From contig OZ253470.1 in NCBI GenBank assembly GCA_965261735.1, positions 1,440,001-1,504,000 on the forward strand: a DNA stretch of 64,000 bases, in the 5' to 3' direction. The stretch is from Alphaproteobacteria bacterium. GTDB taxonomy: Bacteria; Pseudomonadota; Alphaproteobacteria; SHVV01. Below are positions 42,977 through 53,428 of this stretch, one piece after another. A program made the translations under genes and the position numbers. The notes below the pieces were generated by a model. The model did no database searches. It was not told where the DNA came from and saw nothing but the letters and a program-made list of their open reading frames with translations. Each line of letters starts with the position of its first letter. Position 1 is the first letter of the stretch.

Positions 42977-43666
42977 TCAGGCCCTCCGAATGCCCCGGTT
43001 CGCCCACCCCTCGGCGCGCTGCTGCGCCGCCATCGAGACGACGGTAATGGCGAGGTAGATAAGCGAGGCGAAGAAGAAGAAGGTGAACGGCAAACGGGTC
43101 GCGCGCGCGGCGATGTCGGACTGCCGCATGAGCTCGTCGAGCTGGATCACCGAGACGAGCGCGGTGTCCTTGATCAGGATGAGCCACACATTGCCGAGGC
43201 CGGGCAACGCGAAGCGCCACATCTGCGGCATGAGCACGCGCAAGAAAACGAGCCGCCGGCTCATCCCGAGAGCGTGCGCGGCGTCGATCTGGCCGCGCGG
43301 CACGGCGAGGAAGGCGCCGCGGAACACCTCGGTCGTGAACGCCCCATAGATGAAGCCGATGGTGAGGGAGCCGGCCACGAAGGGATCGAGGTCGACGCGT
43401 ACGTCGGCGCCGAGCCCGGCCAGCGACTCCTGGATCAGCGTCGGCACGCCGTAGTAGACGAGTAGGATGAGAATGAGCGGCGGGACGCCGCGGATCACGG
43501 TGGTGTAGGTGTCGGCGAGGGTGCGCACGAGCGGCGAGCCCGACAGCTTGCCGCGCGCGCCGGCGAGCCCGAGGAGCAACGCCACCACCATCGCGCACGC
43601 ACCGACGAGCAGGGTGACGGGCACGCCCTGCCACACCAGCCAGCCATAGCCGTGGAGGTCGATCAC
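42977..43666 (-). CDS. Polar amino-acid ABC permease (HisQ-like)
   Basis: IRGVP, EVFRGA..GQ.DAA.ALG, KDTAL. Confidence 0.9.
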   Translation of the reverse strand: MIDLHGYGWLVWQGVPVTLLVGACAMVVALLLGLAGARGKLSGSPLVRTLADTYTTVIRGVPPLILILLVYYGVPTLIQESLAGLGADVRVDLDPFVAGSLTIGFIYGAFTTEVFRGAFLAVPRGQIDAAHALGMSRRLVFLRVLMPQMWRFALPGLGNVWLILIKDTALVSVIQLDELMRQSDIAARATRLPFTFFFFASLIYLAITVVSMAAQQRAEGWANRGIRRA

Positions 43667-43720
43667 GGCCGCATCGCCGCTTGAAGTGCGCCCAGCGGCG
43701 GGCGGCCGTGGCTGCGCGCG

Positions 43721-44497
43721 TTAGCCTCCGTACACGTCGAAGTCGAAATACTTGGCGTTGATCTTCTTGTAGGTGCCGTCGTTGCGGATCTGCGCGATCG
43801 CCCGGGTGAGCATGTTGCGCAGTTCCGTCTCGCCCTTGCGCACGGCGATGCCGATGCCCTCGCCGAACCATTTGGCATCGGCGAAATCCGGGCCGACAAA
43901 CTCCGCATCCTTGCCCATGTCGGTATTGATCAGGCCCTCGAGAAGGACGACCGAATCGGCGAGCACCAAATCGACCCTGCCGGAGGCGAAGTCGAGATTG
44001 GCCTCCTCCTGCTTGGCGTAGGACTTGATCGTCACGACATCGCCGAAATTATCGCGCAGGAAATTATCGCTCACCGTCGCGCGCTGTACGCCGACCACCT
44101 TACCCTTGAGGCTCGTCTTGTTGATCTCGATGCCCGAGCCCTTCTTGCGCACGAACTTCGCGGGCGTCTGGTAGTAGCGGTTGGTGAAGTCGACTTTTTG
44201 CTTGCGCTCCTCGGTGATCGACATCGAGGCGACGATGGTGTCGTACTTCTTGGCGATCAGTCCTGGGATGATGCCGTCCCAGTCCTGCGCCGCCCACACG
44301 CATTCGACCTTCATGGCCGCGCAGAGCGCGTTGCCGATGTCGACGTCGAAGCCCTGAAGCTTGCCGTCCTTGTCGACGAAGTTGAACGGCGGATAGGCAC
44401 CCTCGGTACCCATGCGCACCGTCTTGATCTGAGCCGAAGCCGCGCCGGCAGCAACGCACAGGGCCGCCGCCATTACCCAAGTCCACAGCGTTCTCAT
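43721..44497 (-). CDS. Basic amino-acid ABC substrate-binding protein (HisJ/ArgT-like)
   Basis: Signal peptide, TEGAYPPF, WDGIIPGL, SMSITEER. Confidence 0.92.
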   Translation of the reverse strand: MRTLWTWVMAAALCVAAGAASAQIKTVRMGTEGAYPPFNFVDKDGKLQGFDVDIGNALCAAMKVECVWAAQDWDGIIPGLIAKKYDTIVASMSITEERKQKVDFTNRYYQTPAKFVRKKGSGIEINKTSLKGKVVGVQRATVSDNFLRDNFGDVVTIKSYAKQEEANLDFASGRVDLVLADSVVLLEGLINTDMGKDAEFVGPDFADAKWFGEGIGIAVRKGETELRNMLTRAIAQIRNDGTYKKINAKYFDFDVYGG

Positions 44498-44551
44498 GGC
44501 CTTCCTCCCCTTCGTGGAACCGCGATTGTCTTACTTCCGGGCGCCTGCTGG

Positions 44552-45322
44552 CTAGAGGCTTTTCGCGAGGAACCGCCGCAGGCGCTCCGAGGGCGGGCGA
44601 TCGAATATCTCGGCGGGCTGCCCTTGCGCCTCAATTCGGCCGGCGTCGAGAAACACGACCTCGGAGGAGACTTCGCGCGCGAACCCCATCTCATGGGTGA
44701 CGACCAGCATGGTGCGGCCGTCGGCCGCGAGGTCGCGCATGACCTTGAGCACCTCGCTCACCAGCTCGGGATCCAGCGCCGAGGTCGGCTCGTCGAAGAG
44801 GAGTACGTCGGGATTCATGGCGAGCGCCCGGGCGATTGCCGCGCGCTGCTGCTGGCCGCCCGACAGGTGAGCGGGATAGTGGTCGAGCTTGTCAGCGAGG
44901 CCGACCTGGTCGAGGAGGGACTTGGCCTGTGCCACAGCCTGGTGCTTGGGCAGTTTGAGCACGTGCACCGGCGCCTCGATCACGTTTTGTAGCACCGTGA
45001 GGTGGGACCACAGGTTGAATTGCTGGAACACCATGCCGAGGCGGCTGCGCAGCCGGTCCACCTGGTGCCGATCCTCGGGCTCGACGCCGTGGCGCCCGCT
45101 CTTCATGCGGATCAGTTCCCCACCCACGTAAACGCGTCCCGAATCGGGGATATCCAGGAGATTGATACAGCGCAGCAGCGTGCTTTTGCCCGAGCCGCTG
45201 GCGCCGAGGATCGCGATCACGTCGTGCTCGCGGGCGCTGAGCGAGACACCCTTGAGGACATCGAGGCCGGCGAAGCTCTTGTGCAGGTCCTCGACCACGA
45301 GCGCGGGCGCCGCGGCCGTCAT
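44552..45322 (-). CDS. Polar amino-acid ABC ATPase (HisP-like)
   Basis: [27 protein letters not shown]. Confidence 0.93.
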   Translation of the reverse strand: MTAAAPALVVEDLHKSFAGLDVLKGVSLSAREHDVIAILGASGSGKSTLLRCINLLDIPDSGRVYVGGELIRMKSGRHGVEPEDRHQVDRLRSRLGMVFQQFNLWSHLTVLQNVIEAPVHVLKLPKHQAVAQAKSLLDQVGLADKLDHYPAHLSGGQQQRAAIARALAMNPDVLLFDEPTSALDPELVSEVLKVMRDLAADGRTMLVVTHEMGFAREVSSEVVFLDAGRIEAQGQPAEIFDRPPSERLRRFLAKSL

Positions 45323-45334
45323 CGCCGAGGCTCG

Positions 45335-46357
45335 CTAGCCGGAGCGCACCGCATTGATGAATTCGTAGGGATAACCGAGCTCGAAGGCGCTCGCCTCGTC
45401 GAGCCGGCGCAGGGCGTCATCGGACAACTCGAGCACAGCGGCGCCGAGGTTGTCGTCGAGTTGGTCGACGGAGCGGGCGCCGAAGATGACCGAGACGACG
45501 GCCGGCTTGGCGAGGAGCCAGGCCAGCGCCACCTGCGCCGGCGTGGCGCCGACCTCCTGCGCGACCTCGGTGACGGCCGCAATCGTTTGCCAGCTACGCT
45601 CGTTGTCGAAGCGGCTGAAGCGCTCGCGCCACTTGGTCATCCGCGCTCCATCGGGGCCCGGCTCGCCGCGCCGGAACTTGCCGCTGAGGAAGCCCCCGGC
45701 CAAGGGCGACCAGGGGAGAATGCCGATGCCGCGCTCGTTGCACAGGGGCACGTGCTCGCGCTCGAGGTCGCGCACGATCAGGCTGTACTGGGCCTGCAGG
45801 GTGACGTAGGACTCCCACCCCTGGACCTCGCTCGTCCACAGGGCATCGGTAAGGCGGGTGGCGGCATAGTTGCTGGCTCCGATGTAGAGCACCTTGCCGT
45901 GACGCACCAGGTCGTCGAGCGCGCGCAGCGTCTCCTCCTCGGGCGTCTCGTCATCCTGCATGTGGATCTGGTAGAGGTCGATGCGGCCGGTACCGAGGCG
46001 GCGCAGGCTGTCTTCGGCGCAGCGCATGATGCGCCGGCGCGAGGCACCGCTACCGAGCGGCCCCGGCCCCGTGCGGAAGCGGAACTTGGTCGCCAGCACG
46101 ACCTCGTCACGGCGACCATCGCGAGCGAACCACTTGCCGATGACGCGCTCCGACATGCCGTCGGGGCCGTAGACGTCGGCGGTGTCGATGAAGTTGATCT
46201 CCGAATCGAGGGCCTTGTTCATGATCGCGAACGAGGTCGCCTCGTCGCAATCGACCTCGTACATGAACGACTTCTCATCGACCGTGCCGAAGGTCATGGC
46301 GCCCACGCACAACGTCGATACCTTCACGCCGCTCGGGCCTAAGGATCTGTACTCCAC
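45335..46357 (-). CDS. Aldo/keto reductase
   Basis: DTADVY, ATK, SLRRL..IDLYQIH, PWSPLAGG. Confidence 0.92.
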   Translation of the reverse strand: MEYRSLGPSGVKVSTLCVGAMTFGTVDEKSFMYEVDCDEATSFAIMNKALDSEINFIDTADVYGPDGMSERVIGKWFARDGRRDEVVLATKFRFRTGPGPLGSGASRRRIMRCAEDSLRRLGTGRIDLYQIHMQDDETPEEETLRALDDLVRHGKVLYIGASNYAATRLTDALWTSEVQGWESYVTLQAQYSLIVRDLEREHVPLCNERGIGILPWSPLAGGFLSGKFRRGEPGPDGARMTKWRERFSRFDNERSWQTIAAVTEVAQEVGATPAQVALAWLLAKPAVVSVIFGARSVDQLDDNLGAAVLELSDDALRRLDEASAFELGYPYEFINAVRSG

Positions 46358-46464
46358 GGTTGCCTCCTCTAGCGCGATACCGCCATGATAATGGCCGAGG
46401 CCGCCACTGTATCAAAGCCGCAGCGTGAATGCGGCATCGGCGCCCTCGGCAAGGGGGGACGGAC

Positions 46465-47220
46465 ATGGCGGATCGGGCGACGAAGAAGGTGGCGGTGGTC
46501 ACCGGGGCGAGCGGCGGCGTGGGCCGCAGCGTCGTCGACCGGCTGTCACGCGAGGGCTACACGGTCGCGGCCATCGGCCGGCGGCCGGCGCGGGGCGGGC
46601 GCCACGCGCGGGCCGCCGCTGGCGCGACCCACGCCTATACCTGCGACGTCGCGGACCGGGCCCAGGTCAAGGCCACGGTGCGCGCGATCCTGAAGGATCT
46701 CGGGCGTATCGACGCCGTGGTCAACACGGCCGCGATCGTGCGCCGCGAGACCATGGCCAAGATCACGCCGGAAGCGATCGCCGATACCCTCGGCGTCAAC
46801 CTGCTCGGCACCATGAATGTGGCGCTCGCCTGCGTTCCGGCGCTCAAGAGGTCGCGCGGCACGATCGTCAATCTGAGCTCGGCGCTCACCCACCACCCGA
46901 TCCCGGGGCTTGCGGTCTATACGACCTCGAAGGGCGCCGTCGAATCCTTCACCAAGGCGCTCGCCGTCGAGCTCGCGCCGGCGCACGTGCGCGCCAACGC
47001 CCTCAGCCTGGCGGCCCTGCGCAGCGGCATTTTCCGAGCCGAGGGCACGTCGGACGCCGACTACAGGAAAACCCTCGCCCGTGCGTCCAACTATTACCCG
47101 CTGAAGCGCATCGGCGAGCCGGGCGAGGTCGCGGCCATGATCGCATTCCTGGTCGGCCCGGAGTCGTCGTGGATCACCGGCACCATCATTCCGGTCGACG
47201 GCGGCAAGAGCATCGCGTGA
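46465..47220 (+). CDS. SDR-family oxidoreductase, copy A
   Basis: TGASGGVG, YTTSK, VDGG. Confidence 0.9.
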   Translation: MADRATKKVAVVTGASGGVGRSVVDRLSREGYTVAAIGRRPARGGRHARAAAGATHAYTCDVADRAQVKATVRAILKDLGRIDAVVNTAAIVRRETMAKITPEAIADTLGVNLLGTMNVALACVPALKRSRGTIVNLSSALTHHPIPGLAVYTTSKGAVESFTKALAVELAPAHVRANALSLAALRSGIFRAEGTSDADYRKTLARASNYYPLKRIGEPGEVAAMIAFLVGPESSWITGTIIPVDGGKSIA

Positions 47221-47230
47221 GGGGGCGGTC

Positions 47231-47977
47231 ATGGCGAGAAAAACGGTCCAGAAGGTAGCGCTCGTCACCGGTGGCGGCACCGGGCTCGGGCGCGACGGCG
47301 CCAACCGGCTGGCGCGCGACGGCTTCACGGTCGCGGTCCTGGGTCGCCGCGCAGCGCGGCTCAAGCCGCGGCGTGGCGAGCGGCTCCACCCCTACGCCTG
47401 CGACGTCGCCGACGCGGGCGTAGTGAAGAGCACGGTGCGCGCCGTCCTGCGCGACCTCGGCCGCCTCGACGTTCTGGTCAACTCGGCCGGCATCATAAGG
47501 CGCGAGCCGGTGGGCAAGATCAGCCCGAAGGCGATCGACGACACCATCGGCATCAACCTCGTCGGCACCATGAACGTGAGCCTCGCCTGTTTGCCGGCAC
47601 TCAAGAGGACGCGCGGCACGATCATCAACCTGAGCTCCGGCCTCGCCCGGAGGCCTTCGGCCGGATCGGTCGTCTACGCGGCGTCCAAGGGCGGCGTCGA
47701 GGCCTTCACGAAGGCGCTTGCCGCAGAGCTCGCACCCTTCGGCGTGCGCGCGAACGCCATCAGCCCGGCCGCCGTGCACAGCGAGATCTACTATGCCGAT
47801 GGCATGTCGAAGGCGGATTACACGGCGTTGATGCGCCGCGTCGGCAAGGGCTATCCGCTCGGCCGTGCCGGCGAGCCGGCCGACGTGTCGGCGTGGATCT
47901 CCTTCCTCGCCGGCCCGGACGCGACCTGGATGACGGGGGCGGTCATCCAGGTCGACGGCGGGAAGAGCGTCGGCTGA
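47231..47977 (+). CDS. SDR-family oxidoreductase, copy B
   Basis: TGGGTGLG, NSAG, YAASK, VDGG. Confidence 0.9.
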   Translation: MARKTVQKVALVTGGGTGLGRDGANRLARDGFTVAVLGRRAARLKPRRGERLHPYACDVADAGVVKSTVRAVLRDLGRLDVLVNSAGIIRREPVGKISPKAIDDTIGINLVGTMNVSLACLPALKRTRGTIINLSSGLARRPSAGSVVYAASKGGVEAFTKALAAELAPFGVRANAISPAAVHSEIYYADGMSKADYTALMRRVGKGYPLGRAGEPADVSAWISFLAGPDATWMTGAVIQVDGGKSVG

Positions 47978-47987
47978 GCCGCGCACG

Positions 47988-48914
47988 ATGAGTCTCTTCC
48001 CGCCCCCCGCCGACATCGACACCGAGGTCTTCGCGCGCCTGCCCGACGCGCTGCGCCGGAAGGGCGAGACGCCGGACTGGGGCGCCGCCAACCACCCCGG
48101 CAAGGAGCTGCACTCCTTCCTCGAGGGCCCCTCGTTCGACCGCGCCGGTAATCTCTACGTGGTCGATATCCCCTACGGCCGCATATTCCGCATCTCGCCG
48201 AGCGGCGACTTTACTACGGTCGCGGAGTACGACGGCTGGCCCAACGGCCTCAAGATCCACAAGGACGGCCGCCTCTTCATCGCCGACCACAAGCACGGCA
48301 TCCTCGCCATCGACCCTGAAAGCGGCGCCGTGAGCGACATCGTCACGCACCGCCTGAGCGAGAGCTTCAAGGGCGTCAACGACCTCGTGTTCGACGATGC
48401 CGGCAACCTCTATTTCACCGACCAGGGTCAGACCGGCCTGCACGACCCCACGGGCCGCGTCTACCGCTACAACCTCGACAGCGGCACCCTGACTTGCCTC
48501 GTCGACACGGTGCCGAGCCCCAACGGCCTCGTGCTCAACCCCGAGGAGACCATACTCTACGTCGCCGTCACCCGCGGCAACGCGGTGTGGCGGATGCCGT
48601 TGCGCACGGGCGGCGTGTCCAAGGTCGGGGTGTTCGTGCAGCTCTCGGGCGGCCTCGGCGGCCCCGACGGTCTCGCCGTCGACAGCGCCGGCAATCTCTG
48701 CGTCACCCACGCCGGCATGGGGTCGGTGTGGGTGTTCTCGCGCCTCGGCGAGCCGCTCTACCGGGTGCGCTCCTGCGACGGCATCTACACCACGAACATC
48801 GCCTTCGGCGGGCCCGACAATACGAGCCTCTTCATCACCGAGTCCGATACCGGATCGATCCTGAGGGCCGACATGCCAGTGCCGGGAAGGCCGATGTACG
48901 CGCATCAGGCCTGA
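47988..48914 (+). CDS. SMP-30/gluconolactonase family protein
   Basis: LEGP, PNGL (twice), VNDL, GPDG. Confidence 0.9.
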   Translation: MSLFPPPADIDTEVFARLPDALRRKGETPDWGAANHPGKELHSFLEGPSFDRAGNLYVVDIPYGRIFRISPSGDFTTVAEYDGWPNGLKIHKDGRLFIADHKHGILAIDPESGAVSDIVTHRLSESFKGVNDLVFDDAGNLYFTDQGQTGLHDPTGRVYRYNLDSGTLTCLVDTVPSPNGLVLNPEETILYVAVTRGNAVWRMPLRTGGVSKVGVFVQLSGGLGGPDGLAVDSAGNLCVTHAGMGSVWVFSRLGEPLYRVRSCDGIYTTNIAFGGPDNTSLFITESDTGSILRADMPVPGRPMYAHQA

Positions 48915-48941
48915 GCGTCGCCGGCTGGATGCTTGCGCGCC

Positions 48942-49904
48942 ATGCCTGACGGGGTATCGGAGGCGTTGCCGGGGCGCAGTTTCGTCGAGCGTCATGCATG
49001 GGCGCCCTACCTCGTGTTGGCCCTGGCGATGCTGTTCATGGGCAGCAACGTCGTCGTCGGACGCGCCATCCGCGAGACCATACCGCCGATGGGACTCACC
49101 TTCTGGCGCTGCCTGGTCGCCGTCGTCCTGCTGGCGCCGCTCGTCGCGCCCCAGCTCCGCACCCAGGGGCGCGTGGTCGTGCGCCATTGGCGGCTCATGC
49201 TGGTTCTCGGCTTCACCTGGGCCATCAGCGGGCACGCCCTCGTGCTCCTCGGCCTGCACACCACGACGGCTGTGAACGCCGGCGTGATCACGGCGACGCA
49301 GCCCGCGCTCACCATGGTGGTGGCCTGGCTGCTGCTGCGCCATGCCGTAGCCTCGCGGCAGATTCTCGGGGTCGTGGTAGCGCTCGTCGGCGTCGTCGCG
49401 ATCATCGCCCGCGGCGACATCGGCACCCTGCTCGGCCTCGACGTCGTCATCGGCGACCTGTGGGTGCAGCTCAGCATGGTGAGCTTCGCTTTCTACAACA
49501 CGGCGGTGCGGCGGGCGCCCCAAGGCCTCAACGCCTTTGTCCTGTTCCTCGCAACCTCGGTGTCGGCGACACTCATCCTCCTGCCCTTCTACGTCGCCGA
49601 GATGGTGCTCTTCGGCGCCTATGTCGCCTTCGATGCGACCACGGCGGCGACCGTGCTCTACATGGCGGTGTTCGCTTCGATCCTGGGCTCGGCCCTGATG
49701 ACGATGGGCATCAAACAGATCGGGCCCGGCAAGTCCGCGTCCTTCACCAGCCTCATTCCGGTATTCACGGCGATCCTCGCCGTGACCTTCCTAGGCGAGA
49801 CGCTGCGGCTCTATCATTTCATCGGCATCACGCTCGTCCTCGGCGGCGTTTATATGATCAGCCGCGGGCCGACGCCCGGCGCCGTCGACGGAGGCAGGAC
49901 ATGA
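48942..49904 (+). CDS. DMT/EamA family transporter
   Basis: 10 TM helices in two EamA repeats, ending LGE. Confidence 0.88.
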   Translation: MPDGVSEALPGRSFVERHAWAPYLVLALAMLFMGSNVVVGRAIRETIPPMGLTFWRCLVAVVLLAPLVAPQLRTQGRVVVRHWRLMLVLGFTWAISGHALVLLGLHTTTAVNAGVITATQPALTMVVAWLLLRHAVASRQILGVVVALVGVVAIIARGDIGTLLGLDVVIGDLWVQLSMVSFAFYNTAVRRAPQGLNAFVLFLATSVSATLILLPFYVAEMVLFGAYVAFDATTAATVLYMAVFASILGSALMTMGIKQIGPGKSASFTSLIPVFTAILAVTFLGETLRLYHFIGITLVLGGVYMISRGPTPGAVDGGRT

Positions 49905-50710
49905 AGCGGCCGGCCATCGTCCTCATCGGTTTCGGCGCCATCGCCCGAATCGTGGTGGACGGCTTGGCGGCGAATACGGAGGGCGCGCGCATCGCTGCCG
50001 TTCTGGTGCGCAAGCAGCGCGCGGAGTCGGTGCGGGCCGAGCTTGGCGCCGAGATCGAGATCATCACCGAGGTGAGGGACATCGACGCGATCGCCCCCGA
50101 CCTCGTCGTCGAATGCGCCGGCCAAGGCGCGATCGCGGACTATGGTGAGGCGGTGCTCGCCGGCGGCCACGACCTGTTGGTGATCGCCACGGGCGCCCTC
50201 GCGGATGCCGGCTTGCGAGCCCGCCTCGAGGCCGCGGCGGCGCGGAGCGGCGCGCGGATGCTGCTGCCCGCCGGCGCCATCGCCGGGATCGACGGCCTCG
50301 GCGCGCTGCGTGTCGGCGGCCTGAGCGCGGTGCGTTACACCTCGATCAAGCCGCCGCAGGCATGGAAGGGCACGCCGGCCGAAGAGACGGTGGACCTCGA
50401 GGGCTTGCGCGGGCCCACCGTCTTCTTCACGGGGCCCGCGGCCGAAGCCGCCCGGCTCTACCCCAAGAACGCGAACCTCGCGGCGACGGTCGCGCTCGCC
50501 GGGATCGGCCTCGATGAGACCGAGATCCAACTCGTCGCCGATCCGACGATCACCGACAACATCGGCCGCATCGAGGCCACCGGAACGTTCGGTCGGCTGT
50601 CGGTGGAGCTCGCCGGCCCACCCGCACCCGACAACCCCAAGACCTCGGCCATCACCGCCCACAGCATCTTGCACGCGATCGCCAACCGGCACGCGACGCT
50701 GGTGATCTGA
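49901..50710 (+). CDS. nadX: L-aspartate dehydrogenase family protein
   Basis: GFGAIA, VECAG, GAIAGID, YPKNAN.AA, NPKTS. Confidence 0.85.
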   Translation: MKRPAIVLIGFGAIARIVVDGLAANTEGARIAAVLVRKQRAESVRAELGAEIEIITEVRDIDAIAPDLVVECAGQGAIADYGEAVLAGGHDLLVIATGALADAGLRARLEAAAARSGARMLLPAGAIAGIDGLGALRVGGLSAVRYTSIKPPQAWKGTPAEETVDLEGLRGPTVFFTGPAAEAARLYPKNANLAATVALAGIGLDETEIQLVADPTITDNIGRIEATGTFGRLSVELAGPPAPDNPKTSAITAHSILHAIANRHATLVI

Positions 50711-50744
50711 GCGGCGATCGGGGACGCGCCGCAAGGAGAGATCA

Positions 50745-51260
50745 ATGCGCGCTATCGCAACGAGCTTGACCGTTTTGGCCCTCCTCGCTCCGGTGGCAGG
50801 ACCCTCGGCCTTCGCCGCCGAGGTGCTGCGCGGGCCGGTTCGCGTCATCGATGGCAACACGCTGGAAATCGCGGGGCGCGAGCTCGCGCTCTATGGCATC
50901 GATGCCCCGGAGCTCGGACAAACCTGCCGTTGGCCCGGCGACAGCGGACCGCGCCTCATCGAATGTGGCGCGATCGCGCGCACCGCCATGATGGACCTCG
51001 TTGCCGGCGCCGAGGTGGCGTGCGAGCCGAGGGCCGAAAGCGACGCCATCGCAGTCTGCCGCGCAGATGGTTTCGATATCGGCGCGAATATGGTGCACAC
51101 GGGCTGGGCCCTCGCGGCGCGCTCGGTCACGGACACCTCCGTCGCCATCGAACGGGATGCCGGCGCGGCGCGGCGCGGGCTATGGCGCGGCGAGTTCGTG
51201 CCGCCCTGGGAGTGGCGCCAGGGGCGGCGCTTGCCGGCCGGCGATGACGCCAAGCCCTGA
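50745..51260 (+). CDS. Secreted thermonuclease (SNase)-fold protein with degenerate active site
   Basis: Signal peptide, VIDGNT, GIDAPE, GWA, RRGLW..PWEWR. Confidence 0.8.
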   Translation: MRAIATSLTVLALLAPVAGPSAFAAEVLRGPVRVIDGNTLEIAGRELALYGIDAPELGQTCRWPGDSGPRLIECGAIARTAMMDLVAGAEVACEPRAESDAIAVCRADGFDIGANMVHTGWALAARSVTDTSVAIERDAGAARRGLWRGEFVPPWEWRQGRRLPAGDDAKP

Positions 51261-51867
51261 CCCGCTCGGCCTCGCGGACTGGCGCCGCCGCACCGCAGAG
51301 CTCTACGCGGCGGTGCGCGCGCAAGCTGACGCGCGGGCTGCCTGGAACCTGTGGCGGCGCGAGCGCAAGCGCCTGTTTCGCGAGCACCCGCACTCGCCGC
51401 TCGAGCCGGCACGGCGGCGCGACTATTCCGGCCCCCGCTATTTCGACTACGCGCCGGGCTTACGCTTCGGCGTCGACGTCGAGGCGCCGAGCGATGTCTC
51501 CGCCCAAAGCTGCGACCTCGGCGAGGATGGCGTGATCAGGCTGCATCCGGCCGGGTGCACGCGCGGGCTAGCCGATACGCTCGGCGCCGAGCTCGTGCTC
51601 TTTTGGATCGGCGGCTATGGCGGCGGGCTGTTCCTGCCGTTCGCCGACGCGAGCGCCGGAAGCGAGACCTACGGCGGCGGGCGTTATCTGCTCGACACCA
51701 TCAAGGGTGCCGACCTCGGAACGGCCGAGGGACGCTTGGTGCTCGATTTCAACTTCGCCTACAACCCGTCCTGCGCTTACGCGCCGCGCTGGACGTGCCC
51801 GCTGGCACCGCCGGAAAACGAGCTGCCCGTGGTCGTGCGCGCCGGCGAAAGGGTGCCCGGCGCGTGA
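51244..51867 (+). CDS. DUF1684 domain protein
   Basis: HSP, FLPFAD, TYGGGRYL, DFNFAYNPSCAY..CP. Confidence 0.88.
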   Translation: MTPSPDPLGLADWRRRTAELYAAVRAQADARAAWNLWRRERKRLFREHPHSPLEPARRRDYSGPRYFDYAPGLRFGVDVEAPSDVSAQSCDLGEDGVIRLHPAGCTRGLADTLGAELVLFWIGGYGGGLFLPFADASAGSETYGGGRYLLDTIKGADLGTAEGRLVLDFNFAYNPSCAYAPRWTCPLAPPENELPVVVRAGERVPGA

Positions 51868-51873
51868 TGCCGA

Positions 51874-52776
51874 TCAGGCGTCGCCGTCGATCGCCAGCGA
51901 CACCAGTCGGTAGGTGCCGCCGCGATTGATCCAGGCGAAACCGTCGAAATCGTCGCGGAAGAAAGCATCGGCGGCCGTCGTCTGCTCGGCCCCGTCGATG
52001 CGCACCACCATCGCGCCGTCGCGCGTGCGCGTCCATTCGAGGACGTGGCTCGCGCGATCGTTCAACGCGACGCTGCCGCGCACCCGCTCGACGACGAAGG
52101 TGCCGCGCGGCGAGAAGCGCACCAGCGTTATCGACTGCGCCGGCGATACCACGAGCCGGTAGCCGGCGTCGCGTCGGGTGCCCTGAAAGATCACGAACTC
52201 GAGGTCGCCGGAAGGGTCGGGCGCGCTCACTTCGGCGGTGAGCGCAAAGGCGTTGGTCACCCGCTCGGGGAGAAAGATTTCCGCGGCCGCAGCGGGTGGG
52301 GCGGGGCGCGCCGGTTGGTCCGCTTCTTGATCGCTGCTGTCACCGAGTTGGCCCGCCAGAATGCCGGCAAGAATGCCGACCGCGAGTTCCTGTGCCGTCG
52401 GCTGGCGATCGCCCTCGCCGGCACCACCGGTCGCGGTGGCGCCGGCGCGGCTCTCGAGCCCGCGGTAGGGCTGCACCGAGAACGCGCCCGAGGCCACGAC
52501 CCAGGCCGGGTTTCGCGCGTGGTCGCCGTCGCCGAAATCGTCGAACACGAGGCGCTGCGGCCACGGCTTGTCGTAGCGGCTGGCGAGCGCACGAAGATCA
52601 CGCAGGAACAGGGGATCGGCGGCGCGGGCGCGGCTCGCCTCCTCGATCAGCGCGCGCAGCTCGCCCACCAGGGCCTGGGCCGGCTCGCCCTGGCCCCTCA
52701 CCACGCCGTAGCGCGACTGCGCGGCCGCGAGCGAGGGCAGCAGGCCGGCGAGAAGCACCAGGACCATGAAACGCAT
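51874..52776 (-). CDS. Secreted hypothetical protein with beta-sandwich-like C-terminus
   Basis: Signal peptide MRFMVLVLLAGLLPSLAAA; host-like codon usage. Confidence 0.7.
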   Translation of the reverse strand: MRFMVLVLLAGLLPSLAAAQSRYGVVRGQGEPAQALVGELRALIEEASRARAADPLFLRDLRALASRYDKPWPQRLVFDDFGDGDHARNPAWVVASGAFSVQPYRGLESRAGATATGGAGEGDRQPTAQELAVGILAGILAGQLGDSSDQEADQPARPAPPAAAAEIFLPERVTNAFALTAEVSAPDPSGDLEFVIFQGTRRDAGYRLVVSPAQSITLVRFSPRGTFVVERVRGSVALNDRASHVLEWTRTRDGAMVVRIDGAEQTTAADAFFRDDFDGFAWINRGGTYRLVSLAIDGDA

Positions 52777-52796
52777 GGCGGAGCCCCGTTTCACCG

Positions 52797-53276
52797 CTAG
52801 CTCCCCGTCACCGCGATGCGCATAACGGCATCGGTCATCCAGCAGACACCGCACTCGTCGTCCTGCTGGCGCGAGAGTCTGAAGTGGTAGCCGAGATACT
52901 CATTGTCCTTGGACAGCAGGAAGACTTCGATCGTCGCCCGATTTCCATCGATGTGGAGGTTGTCGTACTCGGCGCCCCTGTGGTTGACCATGGGCTCGTA
53001 GCTCGGGTTGTGGACCATCACCTTGAAGCGCTCGAGCGGCCCGGTAAAGCGCTTGTTGTTGGGCGACGCAAAGCGCCAGGTAATCTCGATGCCGCGGTCG
53101 CGATGGGGCACGTCGTTGCGCGCCAGCGCCTCGACCTGGGCGCGCACCACCTGCTCGGGCGAGAGTGCCGCGTGCGGCACCGACTCTCCGGCCGCGGCAG
53201 GGCGCACCAGCACCAACATGGCCGCAACGAGGATCGATGCCGACATGCCCGAGCCGCTGGAGGATTTGATCCGCAT
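52797..53276 (-). CDS. DUF4864-like secreted protein
   Basis: PEQVVRAQ.EAL, FASP, F..MV...Y.PM, CWMTDAV. Confidence 0.75.
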   Translation of the reverse strand: MRIKSSSGSGMSASILVAAMLVLVRPAAAGESVPHAALSPEQVVRAQVEALARNDVPHRDRGIEITWRFASPNNKRFTGPLERFKVMVHNPSYEPMVNHRGAEYDNLHIDGNRATIEVFLLSKDNEYLGYHFRLSRQQDDECGVCWMTDAVMRIAVTGS

Positions 53277-53428
53277 GATCTCAGCCGTGCCCTTCCCGCG
53301 TCATATGGCGGCTCATGCTCCGCGGGCGCCGAGTGGGTAGCGCAATCGTGTGCCACAAGCATAGCACAGGCCGAGCAGATGCCCGCGCCGGATCGAAGAA
53401 CACGCTCGCGGCCGACGCGGGCCGGCAC

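Noticed and set aside
53342-53355. Minus-strand TGGCACACGATTGC as a sigma54 promoter for the DUF4864-like gene
   Set aside because: Spacing is GG-N9-GC rather than the required N10; valid only if a base is missing from the assembly
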